A DNA stretch of 64,000 nucleotides from an uncultured Candidatus Saccharibacteria bacterium (GCA_964477745.1 CAYZEI010000002.1:5054-69053); one strand, 5' to 3'; counted from the first letter of the stretch, positions 19,383 through 28,064 are shown. Made by a program: numbers and translations. Notes: generated from the letters alone by a model not told the origin.

Positions 19383-19405
19383 GATGAGGACTGTGGGGGT
19401 TGAAC
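19353..19405 (+). repeat. Repeat R copy 2 (terminator + conserved tail)
   Basis: Direct repeat of 18476..18528. Confidence 0.55.
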
Positions 19406-19412
19406 TTTTTTA

Positions 19413-19444
19413 GTCTGGACAAATCCAGGCTTTTTTGATATACT
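19413..19444 (+). promoter_or_regulatory. Hairpin with T-run overlapping a sigma70-like promoter (-35 TGGACA, 17 nt, -10 TATACT) for the 19484 ORF
   Basis: Spacing and hexamers on direct reading. Confidence 0.4.
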
Positions 19445-19483
19445 TCGATGTTACTAAAGCAATACATTTTACAAGGAGTGTTA

Positions 19484-19924
19484 ATGCAGAAGCCTTTTTT
19501 TGTTCCGCGTATTCTCGGTGACGATGAGGATTTTCCTATTAGTCCCAACGACATCGATGTCACAAACGAATTTAACTTTGTAGGAGCGTTCGACGTTCCT
19601 GATTCAGACAACGACAACCCCAACGACAGATACAACAATCAGAAAATGAACGAGGGAGCCACAATCGTTGTCAATACTTGCCAGAAGCAGGGGCATTGGG
19701 GGCCGTGCAATCCCTATGAGCTGACTGGATTCCATGAGGAAGCCACATTCTCATTGACCACCTTCCTGAAAGGAAGGCATCAGTTTAACGGTCTCGTAAT
19801 TAGGGGGGAAGACGGTCTGTGGCGTGTTACGGATAAGTTTATCATTTACTGCTATATGGCCGCTCCCAAAATCCGTACCAAACCCCGCCAGCTCCCTCCC
19901 ACCGCAAATCAAATCGAAGGCTGA
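19484..19924 (+). CDS. Hypothetical protein (146 aa) in GC-rich islet
   Basis: ATG with AAGGAGTG SD 6 nt upstream. Asp/Asn-rich N-terminal region and Cys pairs. No recognised domain. Confidence 0.45.
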   Translation: MQKPFFVPRILGDDEDFPISPNDIDVTNEFNFVGAFDVPDSDNDNPNDRYNNQKMNEGATIVVNTCQKQGHWGPCNPYELTGFHEEATFSLTTFLKGRHQFNGLVIRGEDGLWRVTDKFIIYCYMAAPKIRTKPRQLPPTANQIEG

Positions 19925-19984
19925 ACAGCGACGCCGTCTGCGTACCTCCAGGGTACAAAGACGGCGTTTCTAGTTAGTTAAATT

Positions 19985-20086
19985 AAATTTGGTATATGAA
20001 TATAATTATTTCTGTTTTAATAATAGTTCTAAGATTCCTTACAACATCCTGCCATAAAAAACCATAGCTGATGTTATGGTTTTTTA
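19985..20086 (+). ncRNA. Candidate small RNA or 3' module A2 (TATAAT 20001-20006; terminator ccatagctgatgttatgg + T6)
   Basis: Paralogue of A1. Confidence 0.3.
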
Positions 20087-20119
20087 TGTTTAGAACCCAA
20101 AGTGCTATACTCAACATAT

Positions 20120-20365
20120 ATGAAAATTCAAGTCTTAGGTTCGGGTTGCGCTACTTGCAAAAAATTGTTTGAAATCACCAAAACCGCGGTCAAGGAAATG
20201 GGAATGACTGAGGAAGTGGAATATATTACCGACTTTCAACAAATCCTCAATATGGGCCTTATGTCCAGTCCGGTTTTGGCAGTGGACGACAAACCGGCTC
20301 TGGTTGGTTTTGTGCCGAACGTAGCGGAAATTAAAAAAGCGATTTTAAAAGCAAGTACAAAATAA
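20120..20365 (+). CDS. Thioredoxin-fold 'redox-active disulfide protein 2'-like small protein
   Basis: MKIQVLGSGCATCKKL CxxC motif. Typically partnered with a DUF318-type permease. Confidence 0.6.
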   Translation: MKIQVLGSGCATCKKLFEITKTAVKEMGMTEEVEYITDFQQILNMGLMSSPVLAVDDKPALVGFVPNVAEIKKAILKASTK

Positions 20366-21333
20366 TGAATCTATTTTACCCAATCCAATTATTTTCAGAC
20401 TGGCTGGCTTTTACGGTGTTTAAACTGGCGCCCAAAAGTTTAGCAGGGGAGGCAGTGAATTTTTTTATTTTTGATTCCATAAAAATATTTATTCTGCTGG
20501 CAGTAATTATTTTTATAGTTTCTATTATCCGTTCCTACCTACCGCCGGAAAAAATTCGGAATATTCTGGCTCACAAAAACCAATACACAGGCAATGTAAT
20601 AGCTTCTTTGCTTGGTATTGTAACGCCGTTTTGTTCCTGTTCAGCCATTCCTTTATTTTTAGGCTTTGTGCAAGCCGGAGTGCCTTTGGGCACAACTTTT
20701 TCTTTTTTAATTGCCTCACCAATGATAAACGAAGTGGCCTTAGTTTTGCTACTTGGACTTTTCGGTTGGAAAATCGCCGGCCTCTATATTATTAGCGGAC
20801 TTTTTATTGCCATTATTTCCGGAATAATAATTGGAAAATTAAAAGTAGAAAGCTTGGTTGAATCTTTTGTATATCAGAACACTGTACCGGGTAATGCAAG
20901 CCTACCCACACTGACAACAAAAGAAAGAATTGTTTACGCCCGCAATTATACTTTAGAAATTTTAAAAAAAGTTTGGCCATATATTTTAGTTGGTATTGGT
21001 GTAGGTGCTTGGATACATGGTTACGTACCCACTGACTTTTTGGCCAAATATGCGGGAAACGGTAAATGGTACGGCGTGCCTTTAGCTGTCTTAATTGGCA
21101 TTCCACTTTATTCCAATGCCGCCGGGGTAATCCCATTAGTTTCCGCACTCACTGAAAAAGGAGTCAGTATGGGCACCACCTTGGCTTTTATGATGTCCGT
21201 TACCGCGCTGTCCTTACCGGAATTTATGATCCTAAAAAAAGTTATGAAAACAAAACTCCTCTTTATTTTCGCCGGAATTGTTGCTATAGGGATTACACTA
21301 ACCGGATATTTGTTTAATTTTATTTTAAAATAA
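20365..21333 (+). CDS. Permease (YraQ/DUF318-like)
   Basis: Polytopic membrane protein with a CSCS motif. Start overlaps the upstream stop. Confidence 0.65.
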   Translation: MNLFYPIQLFSDWLAFTVFKLAPKSLAGEAVNFFIFDSIKIFILLAVIIFIVSIIRSYLPPEKIRNILAHKNQYTGNVIASLLGIVTPFCSCSAIPLFLGFVQAGVPLGTTFSFLIASPMINEVALVLLLGLFGWKIAGLYIISGLFIAIISGIIIGKLKVESLVESFVYQNTVPGNASLPTLTTKERIVYARNYTLEILKKVWPYILVGIGVGAWIHGYVPTDFLAKYAGNGKWYGVPLAVLIGIPLYSNAAGVIPLVSALTEKGVSMGTTLAFMMSVTALSLPEFMILKKVMKTKLLFIFAGIVAIGITLTGYLFNFILK

Positions 21334-21349
21334 CCATCTCCTGAACCTA

Positions 21350-21378
21350 TTTAAGCCCTTGATTTTTCAAGGGTTTTT
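21350..21378 (+). terminator. Terminator (cccttga-ttttt-caaggg + T6)
   Basis: Hairpin with T-run. TGtTATTATAAT follows. Confidence 0.6.
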
Positions 21379-21420
21379 TGTTATTATAATTTGTTAAATC
21401 GATCCAAAGGAGGATCAAAA

Positions 21421-21819
21421 GTGCCGTTTAAAAACTGCATAGTTCACACGGATATCACACCCGAAGGCACGAAAGTGCTTCGGGTAACCGGAAGGCTCGT
21501 CTGCCAAGCCGACAGGCATGAACTCAACAAGAATGCCGATCAGCTTGCGCCGAGAAAGGGCGCTGGAGGACAAACTTACATCATTGATTTGTTGGCGGTC
21601 AAAGCGATTGCCGAGCCTGGACTCACAGCACTCAAGTTCGCAACCAACCGGTTTGTCAGCTTCGGGAACAGAGTGGCAATCTGCGCCGAGAAAAAGCTCG
21701 TAATCCCTGAATGGTATGTGATACTCCCATTCAGCGTGCCGGTGTACCACTCCTTTCAGGAAGCAGTGGACTCACTCAATACCAAAACGGAGGTCACTGA
21801 TGGACGCCGTGGGGATTGA
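21421..21819 (+). CDS. STAS-domain (anti-sigma-factor-antagonist-like) protein in GC-rich islet
   Basis: GTG start with AAAGGAGGA SD. IIDLLAVKAIAEPGLTALKFA aligns with the SpoIIAA DLSGVTFMDSSGLGVL block. The Ser position is E/A, so it is non-phosphorylatable. Confidence 0.4.
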   Translation: MPFKNCIVHTDITPEGTKVLRVTGRLVCQADRHELNKNADQLAPRKGAGGQTYIIDLLAVKAIAEPGLTALKFATNRFVSFGNRVAICAEKKLVIPEWYVILPFSVPVYHSFQEAVDSLNTKTEVTDGRRGD

Positions 21820-22063
21820 GGTCATGCGCTTGATGGTGTTCATTCACCACAGTAGCTGGGCGGTTGCGGTGGTGGGCGTCGCTGGAGTATTATCGTTCTT
21901 GCTTGCAACTCGCACCCAAAATGCAACTCTTAGACGCACCATTTTCGCTATCAGTGCCGTCGCGATAACGTTCTTTATGGCAACAGGCTTGTCGGTTGGC
22001 CCAATGGACGACTGGCAACACCAGCACGGCACCTGCCTGCTTGAGTCCCTGAAAAAAAAGTGA
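21800..22063 (+). CDS. Small 2-TM membrane protein, translationally coupled to the STAS gene
   Basis: ATGs overlap (ACTGATGG). GGAGGT SD inside the upstream gene. Confidence 0.35.
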   Translation: MDAVGIEVMRLMVFIHHSSWAVAVVGVAGVLSFLLATRTQNATLRRTIFAISAVAITFFMATGLSVGPMDDWQHQHGTCLLESLKKK

Positions 22064-22136
22064 CCAAGCACGCAACACACCAAACTCGAGGCAGGGACGC
22101 ACAACGCGACCCCGCCTCTTAACATATATATAAAAA

Positions 22137-22532
22137 TTAGTTACAAGAAGAATATTCTCCCAAGCAAACCTTTTTACCGGATAATTGCAAATCTACCAAA
22201 CCCCCGGCGTTGCGAACGTTTGTAAAACCGTTTTTCTGCAATATTTGCATTGCCTGCCCGGCTCGGTTTCCACTACGACAATATAAAGCAATTGGAGCAT
22301 CTTTAGGCAAGTCCGGCAGTTGCCCTTGTTGTATTTTTGCTAAATCCAAATGCACCGCCCCATTTAAATGTTCAGTTTGCCATTCTTCATCTGTTCTAAC
22401 ATCCACAAAAATTTCCGCTTGGCTCAAGACTTGCTGGTTTACTGGGCTATTTTTTTCGCCCCCACGTAAAACAACCCCTCCAATTACTACGACAACCAAA
22501 ATAATTAACCCAATGATAATTTGTTTTTTCAT
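22137..22532 (-). CDS. Rhodanese-domain sulfurtransferase with N-terminal TM/signal
   Basis: Active-site loop YCRSGNRAG. Confidence 0.75.
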   Translation of the reverse strand: MKKQIIIGLIILVVVVIGGVVLRGGEKNSPVNQQVLSQAEIFVDVRTDEEWQTEHLNGAVHLDLAKIQQGQLPDLPKDAPIALYCRSGNRAGQAMQILQKNGFTNVRNAGGLVDLQLSGKKVCLGEYSSCN

Positions 22533-22596
22533 ATCTTTTTTAATTATTCTTAGAAATATTTAAATACCACTTGACAAGATTTTGTAGATTATATAT

Positions 22597-22618
22597 CATT
22601 CAAGTAATCACTTGAATG
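22597..22618 (+). promoter_or_regulatory. Candidate ArsR operator (cattcaagt-aatc-acttgaatg) in the divergent promoter region
   Basis: 9-4-9 inverted repeat immediately upstream of arsR, next to TTGACA. Confidence 0.45.
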
Positions 22619-22634
22619 TAATCTATCCTATATT

Positions 22635-22943
22635 ATGGATCAACTAAAAATAAAAAGCAAGTTGCTAACCCCGGACCTAACCAAAAAGGCCCGGCTATTA
22701 GAACTGGCGGGGGACGAGACCAGAATTCGGATTCTTTGCACTTTGTTTGAACATAACAATGTTTGCGTCTCTGACATCGCCAAAAGCTTAAAAATGAGCG
22801 TAGCAGCCGTTTCCCACCATTTACAGCTTATGCAAGAACACAAGCTAACATCATCCATCCGAGACGGAAAAAATATTTGCTATTCACTAAATAAAAATCC
22901 ATTAACAAAATATTTAAGGCAATTTATTTGCCATAAGGAGTAA
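22635..22943 (+). CDS. ArsR/SmtB-family transcriptional regulator
   Basis: Winged-HTH block RIRILCTL...VSDIAKSLKMSVAAVSHHLQLM. Confidence 0.8.
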   Translation: MDQLKIKSKLLTPDLTKKARLLELAGDETRIRILCTLFEHNNVCVSDIAKSLKMSVAAVSHHLQLMQEHKLTSSIRDGKNICYSLNKNPLTKYLRQFICHKE

Positions 22944-22947
22944 AAAT

Positions 22948-23184
22948 ATGTCTCAACACAATGTAACCATTTATTCTACCCCGACTTGTTCATACTGCAT
23001 TATGAGCAAAAATCTTTTTGATAAAATGGGCGTACAATATAAAGATATAGATGTCAGCAAAGACCATGCCGCGGCCATGGAAATGGTTAAAAAAAGTGGG
23101 CAAACCGGAGTGCCGGTAATAGATATAGACGGCAATATTCTTGTCGGTTACCAACCCGCTGCCTTTGACCAGTTATTAAAATAA
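22948..23184 (+). CDS. Glutaredoxin-like protein
   Basis: CSYC active site. Thioredoxin fold of about 78 aa. Confidence 0.8.
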   Translation: MSQHNVTIYSTPTCSYCIMSKNLFDKMGVQYKDIDVSKDHAAAMEMVKKSGQTGVPVIDIDGNILVGYQPAAFDQLLK

Positions 23185-23189
23185 ATTAC

Positions 23190-24089
23190 ATGAACACAAA
23201 AAATGAAGGTGCCCTGGATCGCCTAATCAGAATTCTTATTGGGGAAGTCCTACTGCTGTCCGGATTTTTCTGGCTTTGGGGCACTTGGCAAATTATTGCT
23301 TATGCTTTAGGCGTAGTTGCTGTATTTACCGCCTTTAGCGGATTTTGTTTGTTGTATAAACTTTTAGGAATATCCACAAATCAAAACCCTTTAGGAAAAG
23401 CCTCCAAAATTTTCAGTTTTGTTTTATATTTGTTAATAATCATTCTGCCTGTAGTTGGAAGCTACTATAGTAATTTCTTTACAAAAAAAATCTTTTTGGA
23501 AGATTACAGCAAAATGAATGAACCTTATAAGCAAACTTTGTTTTTTACCGGGCAGGACAAAAGACAAGAGTCTAAGGATAATTACCAAAAATTGGTTTTA
23601 GAGTTTGAAATTTTTTCTAAAAAATATTCTGCCTTTCACCCTTATATAATTAGAAAAGATGCTCAATTTAATAATGACTTGAAAAAAGTTTCGCAAACCA
23701 TAACCAAACTTTCCGACACAATAAACACCGGTAATTTAAAAGATGCCCACTTAACCCTGGAAACTGTGCGTCCGGTATTCCAAGATATTCTTAAACGCAA
23801 CAATTTTTCTATGCTTGCAGTGTCCTTGGTAGACTTTCATGATTCTATGGAAGTTGTTATAGCCGCAGCGGATAAAAAAGATTCAGCCGGGGTAATTTCT
23901 GCCTATGCTGATGCCGACGCCAAACTCAAAGCTGTAGAAGCGGAATCCAATGACAGCGAAATTCAAACCATTCGCCAAAAATTGGAAGAAACTTTAAGCT
24001 TAGCTAAAGAAGGAAAGGCCGACAGTCTTTCTGCCAAAGCCGGCGAACTCAAATCCGCCTTTGTAAAAGTCTACCTCAAAAGGGGATAA
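23190..24089 (+). CDS. Hypothetical membrane protein (N-terminal TMs, C-terminal soluble domain)
   Basis: ORF and hydropathy only. Confidence 0.5.
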   Translation: MNTKNEGALDRLIRILIGEVLLLSGFFWLWGTWQIIAYALGVVAVFTAFSGFCLLYKLLGISTNQNPLGKASKIFSFVLYLLIIILPVVGSYYSNFFTKKIFLEDYSKMNEPYKQTLFFTGQDKRQESKDNYQKLVLEFEIFSKKYSAFHPYIIRKDAQFNNDLKKVSQTITKLSDTINTGNLKDAHLTLETVRPVFQDILKRNNFSMLAVSLVDFHDSMEVVIAAADKKDSAGVISAYADADAKLKAVEAESNDSEIQTIRQKLEETLSLAKEGKADSLSAKAGELKSAFVKVYLKRG

Positions 24090-24114
24090 TCTTGTAATAA
24101 TTCTAAGGTAATAG

Positions 24115-24160
24115 TCAAAAACCTCCTGTATTTGCAGGAGGTTTTTTGGTATAATTAATT
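24115..24160 (+). promoter_or_regulatory. Terminator (aaacctcctg...caggaggttt + T6) fused to extended -10 (TGgTATAAT)
   Basis: On direct reading. Confidence 0.6.
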
Positions 24161-24163
24161 ATC

Positions 24164-24382
24164 ATGGAAAAACAAGGGAATCAGGGATTTGCTTTTATAG
24201 GGTTAATAATAACTTTAATAATTATAGTTATTTGGGCGTCTTTGACGTATAAAAATTCAAAGGATAAACAAAGCGTAATGAAAGCCGGCAGTAATGCTAT
24301 TGAGCAAACCAAGCAAAACAATGCTCGGCAATATGAAAACCAAATTGAAATCCAAAATAATTTAAATAGTATAGAAAATTAA
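24164..24382 (+). CDS. Small single-TM protein
   Basis: 72-aa ORF with a hydrophobic N-terminus. Confidence 0.4.
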   Translation: MEKQGNQGFAFIGLIITLIIIVIWASLTYKNSKDKQSVMKAGSNAIEQTKQNNARQYENQIEIQNNLNSIEN

Positions 24383-24383
24383 T

Positions 24384-25649
24384 ATGAAAACCAAACTCAC
24401 GGCCATTTTCTCTTTTGTCCTATTAAACTTTTTTGCTTTTGCCCAGTACGCTGTTGCCCGCGGTGGCGGAGGGGGTTCAAGCGGTGGCGGAGGGGGAGGA
24501 GGCGGGGGTGGTAGCAGTTTTAGTGTTCATACAACAGGTTCTTCCGGCTCTGGCTCAGGCAGTTTTAGTCCTTGGATGCTCTTGTTTCTAATTATTCCAG
24601 TCGCTGGGATAATTATAGCCTTTAAAAACAAACAGCGGCTTTTGGCTTTGGCCAAAATGAACGATGAAAACATTATCGCTAAAAATCATCTGGATAGAAA
24701 TGCTCTATATGCCGAGGTTGAGAATCTTTTCCAAAATTTCCAGAAAGCCTGGAGCGAATTTGATTTTAAAACTATTGAGCAGTTAGTCACTCCGGAATAT
24801 TACAAACGTATGGTGCTGGAACTTTCGGTGCTACAAAACGAAAACCGCGCCAACTTAATGAGTAACGTAATTGTGACGGAAATGTTTGTCATTGGTGAAG
24901 AGCAACCGGGCGAAACCACACAAAAACTTAACTTGCAAATTAGTGCCTCTGCGCATGACGTACTCCAAGACACAAAAAATAACAAAGCCCTATTTACCGA
25001 CAACAGCAGTTTTACCGAGTACTGGCACTTAGTGCAAACACCGGACAGAAGATGGGTCTTGGATTTTATTACCCAAGAAACGGAAGACCTTAATATGTTC
25101 GAAAAAGGCATTGCGGAATTTTCCCGGAAAAATAATTTTTACTATGATGCGGACTTTGGCTGGCTAATGATGCCGGACAAAGGCGTAATATTTAACAGAA
25201 CCAATTTTGGCAAAAGCGATATTAACAACCATGTAATTGGTTATTTCCGGGAAAAGATTGTGGAATTTTACACTTACATTCCGGACACCTATTCCAAGAA
25301 CCCGGAAAATTACCTTGTGGCCCAAGCTATTTTACCGAAAAGCTATAATAACATCTTAATAAAGAAAAAGAAGTTTTTAAGCATGCCGATTTGGGGCTTA
25401 AAAAAAATGTCTTTGGAAAGTGTGGACTTTAATAATAAATTTTCCATTTGGGCTCACGAAGAGGACCAAATTAATTCCTTGGAACTTTTAACCCCAAACT
25501 TCATGGAAAAAATTTACAACTTGCCGTTTGAACTCAACATTGAACTGGTCGGCAATACACTCTATTTTTACACCAAAGACAGGGGAGCAGACAACTACCC
25601 GCAAATGCTGGAAATAATTTCCTGGGCGTTTGATGAAATGAAAATGTAA
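24384..25649 (+). CDS. Membrane-anchored protein with Gly/Ser-rich linker and possible Tim44-like domain
   Basis: Signal peptide, (G)n(S)n tract, TM, then a DFKTIEQLVTPEYYKRMV... block. Confidence 0.45.
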   Translation: MKTKLTAIFSFVLLNFFAFAQYAVARGGGGGSSGGGGGGGGGGSSFSVHTTGSSGSGSGSFSPWMLLFLIIPVAGIIIAFKNKQRLLALAKMNDENIIAKNHLDRNALYAEVENLFQNFQKAWSEFDFKTIEQLVTPEYYKRMVLELSVLQNENRANLMSNVIVTEMFVIGEEQPGETTQKLNLQISASAHDVLQDTKNNKALFTDNSSFTEYWHLVQTPDRRWVLDFITQETEDLNMFEKGIAEFSRKNNFYYDADFGWLMMPDKGVIFNRTNFGKSDINNHVIGYFREKIVEFYTYIPDTYSKNPENYLVAQAILPKSYNNILIKKKKFLSMPIWGLKKMSLESVDFNNKFSIWAHEEDQINSLELLTPNFMEKIYNLPFELNIELVGNTLYFYTKDRGADNYPQMLEIISWAFDEMKM

Positions 25650-25663
25650 CAAAAAAACCCTCC

Positions 25664-25689
25664 GACATTCTGCAGAATATGAGAGTATT
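25664..25689 (+). repeat. 26-bp direct repeat copy 1 (gacATTCTGCAGAATATGagagtatt) containing a 12-bp perfect palindrome and the start codon of the HTH gene
   Basis: Identical to 25974..25999. Confidence 0.6.
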
Positions 25690-25975
25690 ATTTAAAAATA
25701 CTTTTATGCAAAAAACTTATAAACAACTAGAAAGATACTTTAAAGGCGTGGCAAACCACAGACGGATTGAGATTTTATTTTTGGTCAAAAAAACCATAAG
25801 CATTTCCTTAATCCAAATCTCCAACCAACTTGGTTGTAATTTTAAAACAATTTCCGAACATACAAGAAAATTAACCCAGGCCGGGTTATTAAACAAAAGA
25901 TATAATGGCAGGGAAGTATTTCACTCCCTATCACCCTATGGAAAAAAGTTTGTAGCATTCATTAAATCATTCTGA
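25679..25975 (+). CDS. Small winged-HTH (ArsR-like) transcriptional regulator
   Basis: NHRRIEILFLV...SLIQISNQLGCNFKTISEHTRKLTQAGLL. Confidence 0.55.
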   Translation: MRVLFKNTFMQKTYKQLERYFKGVANHRRIEILFLVKKTISISLIQISNQLGCNFKTISEHTRKLTQAGLLNKRYNGREVFHSLSPYGKKFVAFIKSF

Positions 25976-25999
25976 CATTCTGCAGAATATGAGAGTATT
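25974..25999 (+). repeat. 26-bp direct repeat copy 2, immediately upstream of gpmI
   Basis: Identical to copy 1, including the ATGagagta. Confidence 0.6.
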
Positions 26000-26002
26000 T
26001 TT

Positions 26003-27532
26003 ATGGACAAAAAACAACAAATTGCTTTAATAATTTTAGACGGTTGGGGGCATAGGGAAAGCACCCAGCATAATGCCATTGCCGAGGCAAAAACGCCTTT
26101 TTACGATGAGCTTTTAGCTAAATATCCACACACACTCATTAACGCTAGCCAAGAGCATGTGGGGTTACCGGCTGGGCAAATTGGCAACAGCGAAATTGGC
26201 CATATGACCATGGGTAGTGGCCGGGTATTAAACAGCGATCTGATAAAAATTTCTCAAGCGCTAACCGCCGGGGACTTTAAAAAAAATCCGGCTTTTGCCG
26301 AGCTGTTTAGCCACGTTAAAAAACATAATTCTACCTTGCATATTTTTGGTCTGGTTAGCCCGGGCGGAGTCCACAGCCATCAGGAACATTTACATGGGTT
26401 TTTAAAATCTGCAAAAGATGAGGGAATAGACAAAATTGCCATCCACGCCTTTACCGACGGCCGAGATGTGGCGCCAAAAAGTGGCGCAGAATATTTAAAA
26501 AATTTGGAAGTCTTAATTGAGGAACTGGGTGTGGGATACATCGCCACTATTTCCGGAAGATTTTTTGCTATGGACCGCGACAAAAATTGGCACCGCGTAG
26601 CTCAAGCCGAAGATGCCATCTTTCACGGTAAAGGCAAAACTATAAAAAATAAAAAGCCTTCGGAAATTGTTTCGGAATTATACAAAGAGGGGGTCATTGA
26701 CGAACTGCTGGAACCGGTAGTACTACTGGACGACAGTGGGCGCGACTATAAAGTGCAAAAAAATGACGGGATTTTCTTTTTTAATTTTCGTGCGGATCGC
26801 GCACGCCAGTTAAGTGAAAAAGTTTTAGAGCGAAAAACCAGTCACAACTTATGCTTTGTCACCTTAACTCAATACGACAAGACTTTTGAAAGTCTGGTAG
26901 CTTTTCCGCCGAACGATGCGGAGACCACGCTCTCTGCGGAAATATCCCAAGCCGGACTTTCGCAGTCACATATTGCGGAAACGGAAAAATATCCGCATGT
27001 AACATATTTTTTCAATGCCGGGCGCGAAGAACCCCATAAAAATGAGCGCCATATTTTAGTGGAAAGCCGGCGGGATATTAACACTCACGACCAAGCCCCG
27101 GAAATGCGTGCAAAGGAAATTGCGGACAAGGCCATAGAGCGCATTGAAGCAGGGGATGACTTTTTGGTTATTAACTTTGCCAATGCCGACATGGTTGGTC
27201 ACACGGCCAACAAACCGGCCATTATAATTGCCGTAGAGACCGTAGACCGAGAATTAAAACACGTAGTGGAAAAATTACTTAGCAAAAACGGGATTGCCAT
27301 AATTACCGCAGACCACGGCAACGCGGAAGTTAATGTAGACGAACTCACAGGCGAAAACCATACCGCCCACACCACAAGCCTCGTCCCATTCATCCTTGCC
27401 TCCAAGCTAGAAGCAATAAGCTATAAGCTATCAGCTACCTCCGGGTCTCTCGCCGATATCGCCCCCACCATTCTAGAACTCCTGCAAATAAAAAAACCCG
27501 TCCAAATGACGGGTAGAAGTCTTCTATCTTAA
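26003..27532 (+). CDS. gpmI: 2,3-bisphosphoglycerate-independent phosphoglycerate mutase
   Basis: 509 aa. ILDGWG...EIGHMTMGSGRVL metal-binding motifs. Confidence 0.95.
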   Translation: MDKKQQIALIILDGWGHRESTQHNAIAEAKTPFYDELLAKYPHTLINASQEHVGLPAGQIGNSEIGHMTMGSGRVLNSDLIKISQALTAGDFKKNPAFAELFSHVKKHNSTLHIFGLVSPGGVHSHQEHLHGFLKSAKDEGIDKIAIHAFTDGRDVAPKSGAEYLKNLEVLIEELGVGYIATISGRFFAMDRDKNWHRVAQAEDAIFHGKGKTIKNKKPSEIVSELYKEGVIDELLEPVVLLDDSGRDYKVQKNDGIFFFNFRADRARQLSEKVLERKTSHNLCFVTLTQYDKTFESLVAFPPNDAETTLSAEISQAGLSQSHIAETEKYPHVTYFFNAGREEPHKNERHILVESRRDINTHDQAPEMRAKEIADKAIERIEAGDDFLVINFANADMVGHTANKPAIIIAVETVDRELKHVVEKLLSKNGIAIITADHGNAEVNVDELTGENHTAHTTSLVPFILASKLEAISYKLSATSGSLADIAPTILELLQIKKPVQMTGRSLLS

Positions 27533-27706
27533 TTTAGTTTCTGTCCTGAACAAAGTCGAAGGGGAAAAGTTTGATTGTTTGATAAAAAAATGTCCGACCC
27601 GCAACAGTGGACACAAAACTTTGACTTGCGCCAAAGTGTTCTGTCTAGAATTAGACCGACGTTGGTCGGCTTTATTCATTTCACTGTTGCAGGTGGGTGG
27701 CTAGGA

Positions 27707-27910
27707 TCAGCCTTCTTCGACATCGGCTCCGACGGGCGCGTGGCCCCAGCGATCTGCGCCAGAACCAATGACTTTTGCTGGCGCCGCGGATGTGGCTGCC
27801 GTTTCTGAAACGGCAGGCTTAGCTGTTTGTGGTTGAACCGGCAAGGAGCCGGCGTCATCTGGACTGCCACCAGCCACGAAAGCTGGTCTTTTGCGATTAT
27901 GCATGCACAC
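27707..27910 (-). CDS. Ala/Pro/Gly-rich low-complexity small protein in GC-rich islet (coding uncertain)
   Basis: GTG start with AAGGAGGG SD 7 nt upstream. Competing ORFs lie in other frames and on the other strand. Several hairpins. Confidence 0.3.
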   Translation of the reverse strand: MCMHNRKRPAFVAGGSPDDAGSLPVQPQTAKPAVSETAATSAAPAKVIGSGADRWGHAPVGADVEEG

Positions 27911-28064
27911 GACGTGACCCTCCTTGGAACCTGCTATACTAAAGCTAATTTAAGGAAAATTTTGAGTTATGTCAATACCAAATTGACGAGAGATTTAAGA
28001 TTAGAAGTTTGAATAAAATAAAAAGTTTGTTATAATAAATTTAAATAATTTTAAAAATAAAAAT

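Noticed and set aside
19324-19638. Minus-strand ORF 19324..19638
   Set aside because: It overlaps the A1/R2 repeats, the promoter and the start of the SD-supported plus-strand ORF. Low-complexity product.
24164-24382. Type IV pilin identity for the 72-aa TM protein
   Set aside because: The N-terminus (QGFAFIGLII) lacks the G|FTLxE prepilin motif; the true pilin is at 28065.
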